Positions 52,925 through 64,000 of a DNA stretch of 64,000 nucleotides are shown here, piece by piece (position 1 is the stretch's first letter; each line of letters opens with the position of its first letter). A program made the position numbers and the translations under genes. This DNA is from Cycas panzhihuaensis (taxonomy: Eukaryota; Plantae; Cycadophyta). The notes beneath the pieces were generated by a model, which did not search any database, was not told the origin of the DNA, and was given only the letters and a program-made list of their open reading frames with translations. Location of the stretch: assembly GCA_023213395.1 (NCBI GenBank), contig CM041465.1, forward strand, positions 47,995,741 through 48,059,740. Reading direction: 5' to 3'.

Positions 52925-55486
52925 TGTTTCCCGGCTTCCGGGAATGGATACGGAATCACCGACTCAGGTAAGTGCAGGTATGTCTCTAGCATTATCATCA
53001 CTTTGTGTCTTGATTATGCCTTACATATTTGCATCGTATGACTTTGTGGGCGGCTGGTCGTCGTCCACACCTATGTTGAACCTGGGACGACTACAGCAGG
53101 GGCACACACTTAGCGAGTGTGGCACCGTGGTGACCGTATTACTTCCCGCATCTGCCCTCCTCTCTCCAGGACCCAGGGTTTGCGCCACCTCCACCCGTGT
53201 GATGTCTCATCGTCGCTTGGTTAGCTTGCCACCTCATTTGGGGGCCTATTTACGCTCCCGTGGGCCGTTTCTTGGCTTGTTTGCTCCGGGTGGGTGTTTT
53301 AGTTGTCCTTTAGCCTTTTCTACCGCTTGCCCCCGGCTGGACCGGTTGGCGGGCCCCATTTGTGTCTCTGGTGCATCTGGCCGTAATCTTGGCAGTCAGC
53401 CATGATCTTGGCATGCATTTGGAATTTTCAGTGATCATTTGGAATATTCATGCAGCTAAAATTTCCATGATACTGTTGTCTCTGTTTGTTTTAAAATCCC
53501 ATGGTGGCGATTTCGCATTTATTAAAGCGCCACGTGGTTCGCCTTTTTCCCTTCCGGTAGTACCTATTCGCGTACTTTAGGGTTTTCCTTTAGTACTTAA
53601 GCATCTTTTAGGACTTTTTTGGATCTTTTTACTCACTTTTGGAAGTTACTCTCGAAAACTCTCTCTGCTTTCTGCTCTGCTTTCTGCTTCTTCTTTGCTG
53701 GACTGCACTCTTCATCTGGCCGACTCTCCTTCGGCTCGGTTGAGACATTCTCTCAACCCCTCAAGCGCCTTGGAGAGGGCTCCTTTGAAGCGGTTTCCAG
53801 CCGGTCTCTATCCAGGCAGTCCATGAGCCCTACGTTTGCAGGTGTTCTCCATCATACTGTAGCAGGCCTCAAACTTTTCTGCTCGGATCTGAGGCATTTT
53901 CCGGCCCTCCTTCATTCCTTTGGTGAGGCAAGCCTTGCCTCTTCCTCCCAGGTACTCTTTACTTTTTGTTAAGTTCTTTGCAATATTCTTGCTCCAACTC
54001 ATTTGTTCATGTTTGTTGCTTGAAGTTTGATCCTCTTTCCTTTGTGAGGACTGCTGTTCCACTTTCTCTTGTCTCTTGCCTGCGTTTCTTTGTCCAAAGC
54101 GGTGAGTGAGGTTGCATAGGCTTTGGGAGAGGAGCCGGGTGGATTAGTACCACCTTCCACGCTCCCGCAGCGGCTCCAAGCCCTCCAAAGCTTCCCTCTC
54201 GCCCCATGTTGCTCTTGGCCATCTAAACAAGGGTTTAGAGACTCCAGGTCGCCCAAACCAGTGACATCACGAGTTGCTACCGATTTGGGACCCTTGCTCA
54301 GTTTGGGAATCATTCGTAGTTCTCAACTACCATTCGTGGCTTTGCCTTTGCTCCCCGGTTACCCGGTTTGCTCCCCGTAGCATCCCGGTTCCCCGTGGGT
54401 GTCTTTGGGTCTTTCTTGCTCCTTTTTGCTACTATTTTCTAGCCTTGAGTCTTGACTTTCTCCTCATTGCCCGTGGCTCTTGGGGAGAGGTTTGGGCACC
54501 ATTTATGCGGTAGGCCACTCCGAGGCTTACCTTGTTGTCCCACTTTATTTAGAGTAATTTTTTCCCTTGATTTCCTCCTCGTTGGACTAACATTGATGCA
54601 TGCCTATTTGGATTCTGACTTATGTTGATATATATATATTGTTAGACCTTGTGCGTTGCATGTTAGTACCCTCCTTCGGGAGGAGGAAGATCTTTGTCAC
54701 TTGCAGGTATTTGAGACGCACGGAGAACGTTACCCGTTGATTTCTCTATCGGTGAGCGCCTCTTGCATGTGTTACAACTTACGTTATCTCATTTCCTAGT
54801 TAGCGTTTCCTTCTTTCTTTCGGTATTGCACTTATTTTCCGGGGAAGGTAAGGAAGCCCTGCTTTCATGCTCGCCTCACATCCCATGCGTTGCGTGGAGC
54901 GGTTGGGTACTCCTCGTGCGGGCTACATCACCTCGCACGCCCTTAGTCCAGGTACACATTTCCTCCTCTTGCGTACTCTTGTTCTTTTCCTTTTCTTCCT
55001 TAGTAATTAAGACATTGAAGATTAAAAGGAAAATTACCTTGTGTTTATTTGTTACGTATTTACTTCATTTGCATGCACCCCTTCGTCCGTAGGAAAGGTT
55101 GTAGGAGCCTTCTTGATCCCTACTTTTCCTTCCTCCCTTAACCGCACGAGCATCTCGCCTCCCGTCGTTCGTGTCCCCGGTTAGGTTGTGTAGGGTTGCT
55201 TTTGGCCTATCCCTCCTAGGTCCCTTCTCTCTCCCTTCTGTCCACCCAAGGGTGGGAGGGTCCTGCCGGGCCAACTCGGGTCATCTTACGTGCCTTCGCC
55301 TCTTTATCCAAGGTGGTGAAGGGTCACCCGATAGTAGCCATACTCCATTGCGGATCCCGAACTCGCTCCCGTGCGCAGGCGCCTGCGTGTAGTTGCTTGC
55401 CTTGTAGGTTCCACTTCCCTCTGGTTTCGTCACCATCTCTCCCCCGCGCCTATCAGTCAGGCGGTTATCCCAGTAGCTGGCGTCCA
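52925..55486 (+). repeat. 5' LTR (~2.56 kb)
   Basis: TGTTTCCCGG...GCGTCCA termini, colinear with 61285-63820. Confidence 0.95.
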
Positions 55487-55504
55487 TGGCGACCATCTTG
55501 GGGA
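55487..55504 (+). promoter_or_regulatory. primer-binding site, tRNA-Arg type
   Basis: TGGCGACCATCTTGGGGA directly follows the 5' LTR and resembles the Tat/Ogre PBS TGGCGACTCCACTGGGGA. Confidence 0.7.
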
Positions 55505-55780
55505 GCCAAGAAGGGAGCTAGTCTCGCTCTCTTGGTTGGTTTCGCTACTCTGTGTGATCCTTTCTATACATCTTGACCTCCACGTTGGGCGCCCCAACGC
55601 GTGTTATACCATTCCTTCTCTTTTCCCGACATCGCTTGGCCGACCTTGCATGCGCTTGGTTTCTCTCGTCGTTTGCGCGGTCTACCCCTTTGTTAGAAGA
55701 CCCCGAGTATAGCCTTCTTGCCTCGTCGGATCCGTCCGACTATGGAAGGGTACTCTTCCGATTGGACCTATCCCGCCTTG

Positions 55781-58700
55781 CTATGGAAACCCAAGCTCTT
55801 CCTTCATCATTCGAGTCCACCCAAGAGGGTGACGACTCCTTTACTACCCGATCGATCAACACCTTTCTTGTGCTCCCCATCCTTCTACCGACGCCAGTAG
55901 AGGGATCCGTTCCTCCCGAGGATTGCCACGCGTTGGCGATTTTATGAGGAACCTTCGGATGGACATGCCTTGTTCGAGGTCCCGATCACCTCTTATGGGT
56001 ATGTGGGGACTCCTCCGTTGACGTGCTTGAGGCTCTTGACGGATGCCGTGCGGCATGCTCTCAACCACGTCCCGAATGGCTTGAGGGTGTCTGCGCAGGG
56101 AGCCTCTTCCTCCTCTCGCTCTTCCCCTCACGCTTCATCCTCGTCGCCTTTCTGTGACAACAAACCCTTTCGTGCCTCTGCGTACACCCCATTCGTTTCT
56201 GCAATGGGGGCACGTGTGGCACCTTCCATCCCTTATCAAGGCCCTAATGCCTTAAGGCCTTCTCACGGTGTGTCGGTCCCTCAACTGGGGTTAGCATGCA
56301 GTTCCCGATCCAACTAATGTCTGGTCCCTAATCGGCACATGCCGCTCCTAGTAGGCCTAGTCGCCTGCTAGCCTTCCAGTACCGATCGGTGGGATTCGTT
56401 CCCACGCATCCTCCAACCCAGTAGCGTTGGTGCTTCTTTCTCGTTCCCCGGTATACTTCTCAACCTTGGGGGCAGGGTAGGAAGCCGTCTTCTTGTTTAT
56501 GGGGTGGATCCGCTACACCCATACGGAATGGCCCCACCTACGGGTGGCAGTATGGGCGTAACCTCGCATCCCTCTTGTCCCCATCCAATGCAGTTCCATC
56601 CGTTGTGCCTTCGCAAGGGAATCTGACTCCCTTCCAAGGCGCCCTTTTTCCCGCTCCTTGTCGTGAGGGTGGTTCCTCAAGGAGGGATGGGTGTCCTACC
56701 CCCATCCGCTCCTTGCGCGCCACCTACTTCGACGTTCGTTGATCCTACGGTTCAGGCAAGGGCGCGCCCCTTCGTGGACTTTAGGTCAACCCCTCTCGGT
56801 TGAGGCGTTGCGAACCAACTTGCCGCCTCATCCTCCCGAAGTTCCTAGATTCGATGGGACTTCGTCGCAAGACCCGGCGGAGCATGTCCGTAGTTTCTCT
56901 ATGGCATGCATCGATTACTGGGCTTACGACCATATTTTGATGAAACTCTTTCCTCGATCCTTGCAGGGTGACGCCCTTAAATGGTTTTATCGTCTCCGCC
57001 CACTCGATCTATTCATTCCGGATTGGTGGGACGAGTTCATCAATTACTTTGATGTAGCTCGCCCATTCGAGGCGGGATGAAATCCCTTCTCTCGCTCAAA
57101 CAAGGTCACGATGAGATGAATCGTGACTTTGTGCGGCGATTCCACGATCGCTTCACTCCACCAAGGCGACTTTGCGAGGAGGCCGGGACCTGTTTGTCAA
57201 TGCACTTCGTCCCGAAGTCCACGTGGAAGTCCTCAAGATGGGGGCGACCACGTGCGATTCCGCGATCGCCAAGTGCTTGGCGTTGGAGGCTATTGAGATC
57301 CAAGCTGGTCTCATGGAACCTCTTAAGCCCTCACAACGCCGTGAGGCACCACCCTACCAAAGACACTAAACCTTCTCAGCCGACGCGGTCTTCCTCTCAT
57401 CCTACCGAGAGGACCTTAGATCCCCTCACCTCGGCTATACGCTCGTTCGAGCGTACGATGAAGGAGCTCAAGCTTCAAGGTCCTTCGTCTCCTACTTCAA
57501 ACAAACAAGTCCAACAAACTACCCAAGTTCCTCTTCCCAGGAATGGGAACACCCAGTCCTCCCAAGCGAGAAGGTCAGGCCCTCGCTTGAGAAGAAGTGG
57601 TGTTCCATTCATGGGGATTGCTTCCATGACGATTCACGTTGTAGGGCCCGGATCCAAGGGATGCCCCTCGACGCGATTCCTCTCCCAAAGCAGGCCTCAA
57701 GGCCTAATCTAGACCAACCGTTCACAAGGATCCGTTCCTAAACATGGGGAACGTGATCACAACCCCCAAACCAAGAACAACCGTAGCAGGAAGATCACGA
57801 TCCACCCGCCTTCCTGCGACAAAGGGAAGGGCGCCGAACTCTTCTTCCTCTTCTCGTTCTCCTGGCCAGTACTCGTCGCCTTCACGACCGGAATAGGGAG
57901 GAAGGTGATTCGATTGTTTGAAGCAACTCACTTTCGCCCTTACGCGATCTCAAACTGCTAAGGAAGCGGCGGGGGCTGCCGGTTCTTCCGTTCCTTCCGA
58001 TCCCCTTCCGGAGGCCCTTCCTCCGGAAATCCCCCTTTTCCCCAAGGCTATTCACCTGTGGCGGTCGTTCACGACTTCGAAGGGCACTTACCCAACCCAC
58101 TGGGAAGGGTAAACCCTTCTCCGTCGTGGGCGAGCTCCATACGGTCGCTGCAGGAATGTCCTTGATGGACGTTCTGAGGAGTTGTCCCGAGCAACGGGCC
58201 CTCCTCTTGGAAGCTTTAGGATCGGGAGATGTGCCTATCCACGCTTTGGGCGTCGCCCAAGGTGGCGGACCCACTATTTCCTTCGATCCTAAGGATCTTC
58301 TCCCGCCGGTGAGCAGGGCGTCGGTGGAACTTCCCATTCACCATCACGATCGATCGCTGATTGTACCCTCCAAGAATCGACTGTTCGGCTCTTACGTCGA
58401 TGCCATGCCCTTGCGTGTTATGCAAGAGCTTGGTATCTCATATGGAACCGTTCCTGGCGATGCCAAGGGTATGACGGTGGCGAGAAGACCCTCTCGGATG
58501 TCGCGATCCCGCTCACCCTTGGGGCAAACTGCCTCTTGCCGATGTTGTAGTCCTCGGCGTTGGCGTGGATTACAACCTCCTTCCTGGTCGCCCATGGCTC
58601 GACCAAATGGGAGCCGTGTGTTCGACCCTTTGGGGGCTTAAATTCGTCCATGACGGACGAATGAGAGTGGTTCCCGTGAACGTCCTTTGCCAAACAAACT

Positions 58701-58918
58701 CGTTATGCCAATTCGGCAAACCAAGGTTCACCCACTCACGCCTCGGCTTGTTCAATTGGTATACCCAATCCGTCAAGAAGATCCCACATCTTCCCTTCCT
58801 AGTCTCGACGTTTTGCCCTATTGGCGTCGGAGTTATGGGTACCTTGCTTCGCTCAAATGATGATGAATCGCTGACGAGACGAGGGTTGTCTCCACCCATT
58901 TCTTTCCTTGGCCAATAG
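55781..58918 (+). pseudogene. gag-protease of the Tat-like element (frameshifted)
   Basis: Pro/Ser-rich N-terminus; gag capsid motifs VPRFDGTSSQDPAEHVRSF...KLFPRSLQGDALKWF (ORF 56691), LLSLKQG..E..RDFVRRF; protease motifs GS..DAMP..VMQELGI and YNLLPGRPWL..MGAV.STL (ORF 58565). Confidence 0.88.
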
Positions 58919-59043
58919 GTCGCACTGCCTCGCTCTAGACCCTCGTTTGGAACCTCTCGTTGGCGAGACTAGCCCCTCGCGTGTCACACACCATCGCTCG
59001 TCTTGACCCGCCGTCGATTCTTCTTTTTCATTACCCCCCGCAG

Positions 59044-59821
59044 GTGATGGTTTTGAGGAATTGCCTTTCGCTCCTCTCAAGGAGCCTCTTTCTGGTTTTC
59101 CTTCAGATTTCCATGAAGGAGTTGAGCGATCCGATGATCACCCCGGTCCCGTTGCTCCTTTCCCTTCTAGCGCTTCTTCTACTCGAAATAGGGTCATCCA
59201 TGGAGTGGACTATTTCGAGGATGATGAAGCCTCGCTGAGCACCGCGGCCTTGCACCTAATCGCCTTCTCCGTCACCACCGGCTCGGTCACGGAAGATCCT
59301 GCGATCGGATCCACGCCGATCCGATCCCCTCCTATTCCTCCTCCTCCTGTTGATCTTGCCCCTCTTCACTTTGAAGAGGGCAATGCCATGTGCATGGGGG
59401 AATTCAAGGCGTAGTCTTGGCCCCGCAAGGTCATTAGGGTTGGGGCTAATGCTCTCTGATGAGATTAGGGAATATTCCCTTCTGCTCCGTGAATTTCGAG
59501 ACATTTTCGTGGGATTATGTCGACATGAAGGGAATCGACTCTCGATTGTCACTCATAACCTCACCACCCTTCCCGGCGCCCACCCCTGCGCACCAGTGCG
59601 TCCCCTTCACCAAGCTTTACGCCACCGTCAAGATGGAGGTAGAAAGGCTTACGGATCCGAGCTCGAATATCTCCATGACCGTTTGACCAAATTCCAACCC
59701 GTTGGTCGGTCCTTTGTCATTATCGAATCTCTCGATAATGGTGCCTATAGGATAGCCACCTGGAGGGCTCGAATTTGAGAAAGCCGTTAATGGGATGTTC
59801 CTTAAGAAGTTTTACGCTTGA
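59044..59821 (+). pseudogene. deleted pol: pre-RT region fused directly to the integrase C-terminal tail
   Basis: LLREFRDIF/SWDYVDMKGID/IVTHNL.TLPGA/VKMEVERL is followed within ~60 nt by TKFQP...IIESLDNGAYRIA...NGMFLKKFYA* (stop 59819-59821). Confidence 0.85.
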
Positions 59822-60509
59822 CCCTTCTACGATCCCTCGCCTCGCCTCCAAACGAGCCTAAACTACCATCTTAGGTTGTCCCCATTCTTCCCGTGGCGTG
59901 TAGAATGGCTATTTAAGATGGACCCCGCTTTGTCTCTCTCGGGTTCCGTCTGAGCCTGCGTTCCGTATCCTCTCGGGAACCTTGGTCCTCTCGCTTGGGC
60001 ATCTCCCAACCGGGAGGACGCTTGGGGCATTGTTGCCCCTCTTTCTGTCTGGCGTTTCCTTCGCATATCCCGTTATGCTCTCCTGCGGAACATGTATGCC
60101 GTCCTACTTCCTAACCTCACACCTCCATGTCGCCCCAGCTCACGCGTGGGTGTGTGCCCTGATAGGTGTGTGTGGTTATACATGGAAGGAAACGTGTGCA
60201 TCATACTATAAAATGTTCATAACATGAATCACCTACTACACAACATAACACACACCCCATGCACGTACATATCAAAATCATGTCATCATACATCCTGGAA
60301 GCCGGTGTCCTCAGGGGGGTACAATCATATGGTCCTATATATGACCCCACAGGCCCGTGCTTTCCTCCGCCAAACCGTCCATCCATGTTCATCTCGTGTG
60401 GCCCTACAGGTTACCTCATTGCTAGGTCCTCCTACCCTTGACGCCACCGTTGTCTGCTTTCTAAGTGTTGCCTTAATCACCGATCATCCGCTTGGATTTT
60501 GTGTCACCT

Positions 60510-60959
60510 ATGTCCATTTACATCTTTACCGACGGAAGTCACAGAACTCGACCTTCAAACAAGTGGATTCTCCGCCCTTCCGGGTTATGATCTCCTCCGC
60601 CTGGGATCTTCCTCCTGAGGCTACCAACAATGAAGCCGAGTATACACCGCCATCAAGCCCTTACCGATGCCCTTCGTTTCCATCACGGACCCATTGTTTT
60701 GCTGCGACTCTCAAGTTGTGGTGTCTCATCTCACCCAGTTCACCGTGCGATGCCCTCACTGAGGACTCTTGCTTCGCCGCCAGATCCCTCTGGCCCGCTT
60801 TCTCTTGTTGATATCCAAGATATCCCTCGGGCTCTCAACGCCGAGGCGTATAGCCTTGTTCGCCTCATCCTTGAGCGCCACTGCCTCGCCTGCCGACCGT
60901 CCCCGAGTCTTGCTTGGCCTTTCCGCCCAAGCCTCGTGCCGTTGGTCGCTTCCGCTTGA
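60510..60959 (+). pseudogene. stand-alone archaeal-type RNase H (aRH) ORF, frameshifted in this sequence
   Basis: MSIYIFTDGS (ATG 60510), TNNEAEY (60623-60643), CDSQVVVSHLT (60703), DIPRALNAEAYSL (60819-60857). These are the four RNase HI motif blocks in the correct order and spacing. Confidence 0.85.
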
Positions 60960-61284
60960 TTTGCTCGCACCTCCAAATCGGGTTGCTAACGAGGTAAAAC
61001 TATGGTACCCACCATTTGTTCCCCATGTGGTCCTGCATGCTCCTTTGCATTCATTGTGGTGGGCGGCCCCTCACTGTCTCTTTCTCCCACGGTTTCGTGT
61101 GGCTCATAGGCCTATGTTGTCTCCACCGCTTTCAGTATCCACGCTTCGCCACGACACTCGCAAGACCCTTGCCCACCGATCCGATCTTGATTGATATATC
61201 TATATACACATGCATCGACAGCGGTTGTGTTGCCAAGATTCGCCATCGCATCGAGCCCGAGCTGGCGAGGCTCACGCCATAAGG

Positions 61285-63820
61285 TGTTTCCCGGCTCCCG
61301 GAATGGATACTGAATCACCGACTGTAAGTGCGGTATGTCTCTAGCATTATCATCACTTTTGTGTACCGATTGTATGCCTTACATATTTGCATGCGTATGA
61401 CTTTGTGGCGGCACGGTCGTCGTCCACACCTATGTTTAGCCTATGACGACTATAGCAGGGCACACTCTTAGCGAGTGTGGCACCTTGGTGACCATATTAC
61501 TTCCCATCCGCCTCCTCTCTCTCGGACCCATCGGGTTTCGCCACCTCCACCCGTGTGATGTCTCATCGTCGCTTGGTTAGCTTGCCACCTCATTTGGGGC
61601 CTATTTCGCCCCGTGGGCCCGTTTCTTGGCTTGTTTGCTCCCGGGTGGGTGTTTTAGTTGTCCTTTAGCCTTTTACCGCTTTGCCCTCACTGACCGGTTG
61701 GCGGGCCCCATTTGTGTCTCTGGTGCATACCCGTAATCTTCATGCAGCCATGATCTTGTGATCATTGGAATTTTCGCAGATCACTGGAATATTCACATCG
61801 CTAAAATTTCCGCAGACGACTGCCTCTGTTTGTTTTTAAAATCCGTGGCAATTTCGCATTTATTGCGAAACTGCCACGTGGTTCGCGCCTTTTTTCCCTT
61901 CCAGCCGTGCCCTATTCGCGTACTTTAGGGTTTTGCTTTAGTACTTAAGCATCTTTTGGGACTTTTTTTGGATCTTTTTACTCACTTTTGGAAGTTACTC
62001 TCAAGAAAACTCTCTCTGCTTCTGCTTTCTGCTTTTCTTCGCTGCCGGACCTGCACTCTTCATACTGGCCTTGACTCTCCTTGGCTCGGTTGAGACATTC
62101 TCTCAACCCCTCAAGCGCCTGAGAGGGCTCCTTGAAGCAGTTTCAGTAGGCCTCTATCCAGCAATCCATGAGCCCTACGTTTGCAGTGTTCTCCATCATA
62201 CTGTAGCGGGGCCTCAAACCCGCTGCTCAGATCCGGCATTTTTCCAGCCCTCCTTCATTGTCCTTTGGCTGAGGCAAGCCCCTTGCCTCTTCCTCCCAGG
62301 TACTCTTTACTTTTTTGTTAAGTTCTTTGCAATATTCTTGCTCCAGCTCATTTGTTCATGTTTGTTGCTTGAAGTTTGATCCTCTTTCCTTTGTGAGGAC
62401 TGTTGTTCCACTTTCTCTTGTCTCTTGCCTGCATTTGCTGTCCAAAGCAGCGGCGTGAGGGGTTGCATAGGCTTTGGGAGAGGGGCGGGGTGGCTTCCGT
62501 ACCGCCTTCCACGCCGCCCCAGCGGCTCCAAGCCCTCCAAAGCTTCCTCTCGCCTCATGTTGCTCTTGGCCATCTAAACAAGGGTTTAGAGACTCAGGTC
62601 GCTTAAACCAGTACATCACGAGTTGCAGTGATTTGGGACCCTTGCTCAGTTTGGGAATCATTCGTAGTTCTCAACTACCATTCGTGGCTTTGCCTTTGCT
62701 CCCTTGCGGTTTGCTCCCCGTAGCATCCCGGTTCCCCGTGGGTGTCTTTGGGTCTTTCTTGCTCCTTTTTGCTACTATTTTCTAGCCTTGAGTCTTGACT
62801 TTCTCCTCGCTGCCCCGTGGCTCTTGGGGAGAGGTTTGGGCACCATTTGCGGCACATAAGCCACTCCGAGTCCTACCTTGTCGTCCCACTTTATTTAGAG
62901 TATTTTTCCCTTGATTTCCTCCTCGTTGGACTAACATTGATGCATGCCTATTTGGATTCGACTTATGTTGATATATATATATTGTTAGACCTTGTCGTTG
63001 CATGTTAGTACCCTCCTTCTGGAGGAGGAAGATCTTTGTCGCTGCAGGTATTTGAGACGCACGGAGAACGTTACCCGCTGATTTCTCTATCGGTGAGCGC
63101 CTCTTGCATGTGTTACAACTTACGTTATCTCATTTCCTAGTTAGCGTTTCCTTCTTTCTTTCGGTGTGCACTTATTTTCCGGGAAGGTAAGGAAGCCCTG
63201 CTCGCCACGCCTCACATCCCAGACGTTGCGTGGAGCGGTTGGGTACTCCTCGCGGGCTACATCACCTCGCACGCCCTTGGCCCAGGTACACATTTCCTCC
63301 TCTTGCGTACTCTTGTTCTTTTCCTTTTTTCTTCCTTAGTAATTAAGACATTGAAGATTAAAAGGAAAATTACCTTGTGTTTATTTGTTACGTATTTACT
63401 TCATTTGCATGCACCTTATCGTCCGTAGGGAAAGGTTGTAGGAGCCTTCTTGATCCCTACTTTTCCTTCCTCCCTTAACCTTGACGAGCATCTCGCCTCC
63501 CGCGTCGTCGTGTCCCCTGTTAGGTTGTGTAGGGTTGCTTTTGGCCTATCCCTCCTAGGTCCCTTCTCTCTCCTTCCGCCACCCAAGGGTGGAGGGTCCT
63601 GCCGGGCCAACTCGGGTCATCTTACGTACCTTCGCCTCTTTCTCCAAGTCGGTGGAGGGTCACCCAAGAGTAGCCATACTCCATTGCGGATCCCGAACTC
63701 GCCCCACGGGCGCAGGCGCTCTGCGTGGTAGTTGCTTGCCTTGTAGGTTCCACTTCCTACCGTTTCGTCACCATCTCTCCCGCGCTATCGATCAAAGGTT
63801 ATCCCGTAGCAGCGCGTCCA
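61285..63820 (+). repeat. 3' LTR (~2.54 kb)
   Basis: TGTTTCCCGG...GCGTCCA termini, followed by CTACT and AT-rich host sequence. Confidence 0.95.
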
Positions 63821-64000
63821 CTACTAACCATTGATGCTTATTATTTGTAGCATGGTGTTTCTAATGATATCTAGACAATACACTTTAATAGGTCCAAGTC
63901 AAAGACTGGAGTTAATATAGGTATTATATTTAAATATCTACAGTGTAGGTCTCTTTTATTTTCTTTTAATTTTTTATTTCAATATACTAATAATAATATT

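Larger units (their letters stand above)
52925..63820 (+). mobile_element. young GC-rich Tat-lineage Ty3/gypsy element, internally deleted (non-autonomous)
   Basis: ~2.55-kb LTRs 52925-55486 and 61285-63820, flanks CTAC / CTACT (TSD), tRNA-Arg-type PBS 55487-55504, gag, protease, Tat-type pre-RT motif LLREFRDIF/SWDYVDMKGID, integrase C-terminal tail, additional RNase H. Confidence 0.92.
18939..64000 (+). mobile_element. old outer Ty3/gypsy element (candidate 5' LTR 18939-19482; gag and protease remnants at 19890-19985, 51059-52924 and 63821-64000), split by two large insertions
   Basis: The gag-like reading PLAL...HD...HIEAF...LFVYTLEG*ASLWY continues across the GAGTG TSD (19981-19985 / 51054-51058). 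TGTAACCAC...GTGGTATCA imperfect termini for the candidate LTR. Confidence 0.55.

Noticed and set aside
52944-55576. Numerous overlapping 60-150-aa ORFs on both strands in the LTRs (also 62071-63834)
   Set aside because: Expected in GC-rich sequence, no recognisable domains, and the frames are not preserved between the two LTR copies.

Overview
Eukaryotic, AT-rich, gene-free heterochromatin-like DNA from a land plant with a large, heavily methylated genome (gymnosperm-like by inference). It consists almost entirely of nested, mostly decayed LTR retrotransposons. No intact host gene, rRNA, tRNA or CRISPR array was found. Nest 1 (1-10625): a minus-strand element contains a copia copy, which in turn contains a copia element and a small gypsy-derived element with a fold-back end. 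Nest 2 (about 18939-64000) is five levels deep: old gypsy > Athila-like gypsy (19986-51053, TSD GAGTG) > copia (30519-47728) > Tork/Tnt1-like copia A (33569-44113, TSD ACACC) > same-family copia B inserted antisense into A's 5' LTR (38855-44049). Nest 2 also holds an RT-less copia (22962-26970, TSD AGATC) and a young GC-rich Tat-like element (52925-63820). The most notable observations are: (1) the Tat-like element has lost its RT/RNaseH/integrase core but keeps a separate archaeal-type RNase H ORF downstream of pol, with its own ATG and a candidate internal promoter; (2) a candidate Ogre-like intron lies between its protease and RT; (3) inverted repeats enclose the PPT/LTR junction in four different copia families; (4) a CpG-retaining island sits inside an otherwise deaminated element; (5) a nascent ~151-bp tandem array is built from an LTR/flank junction. 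All boundaries and motifs were read by eye; no searches were run.
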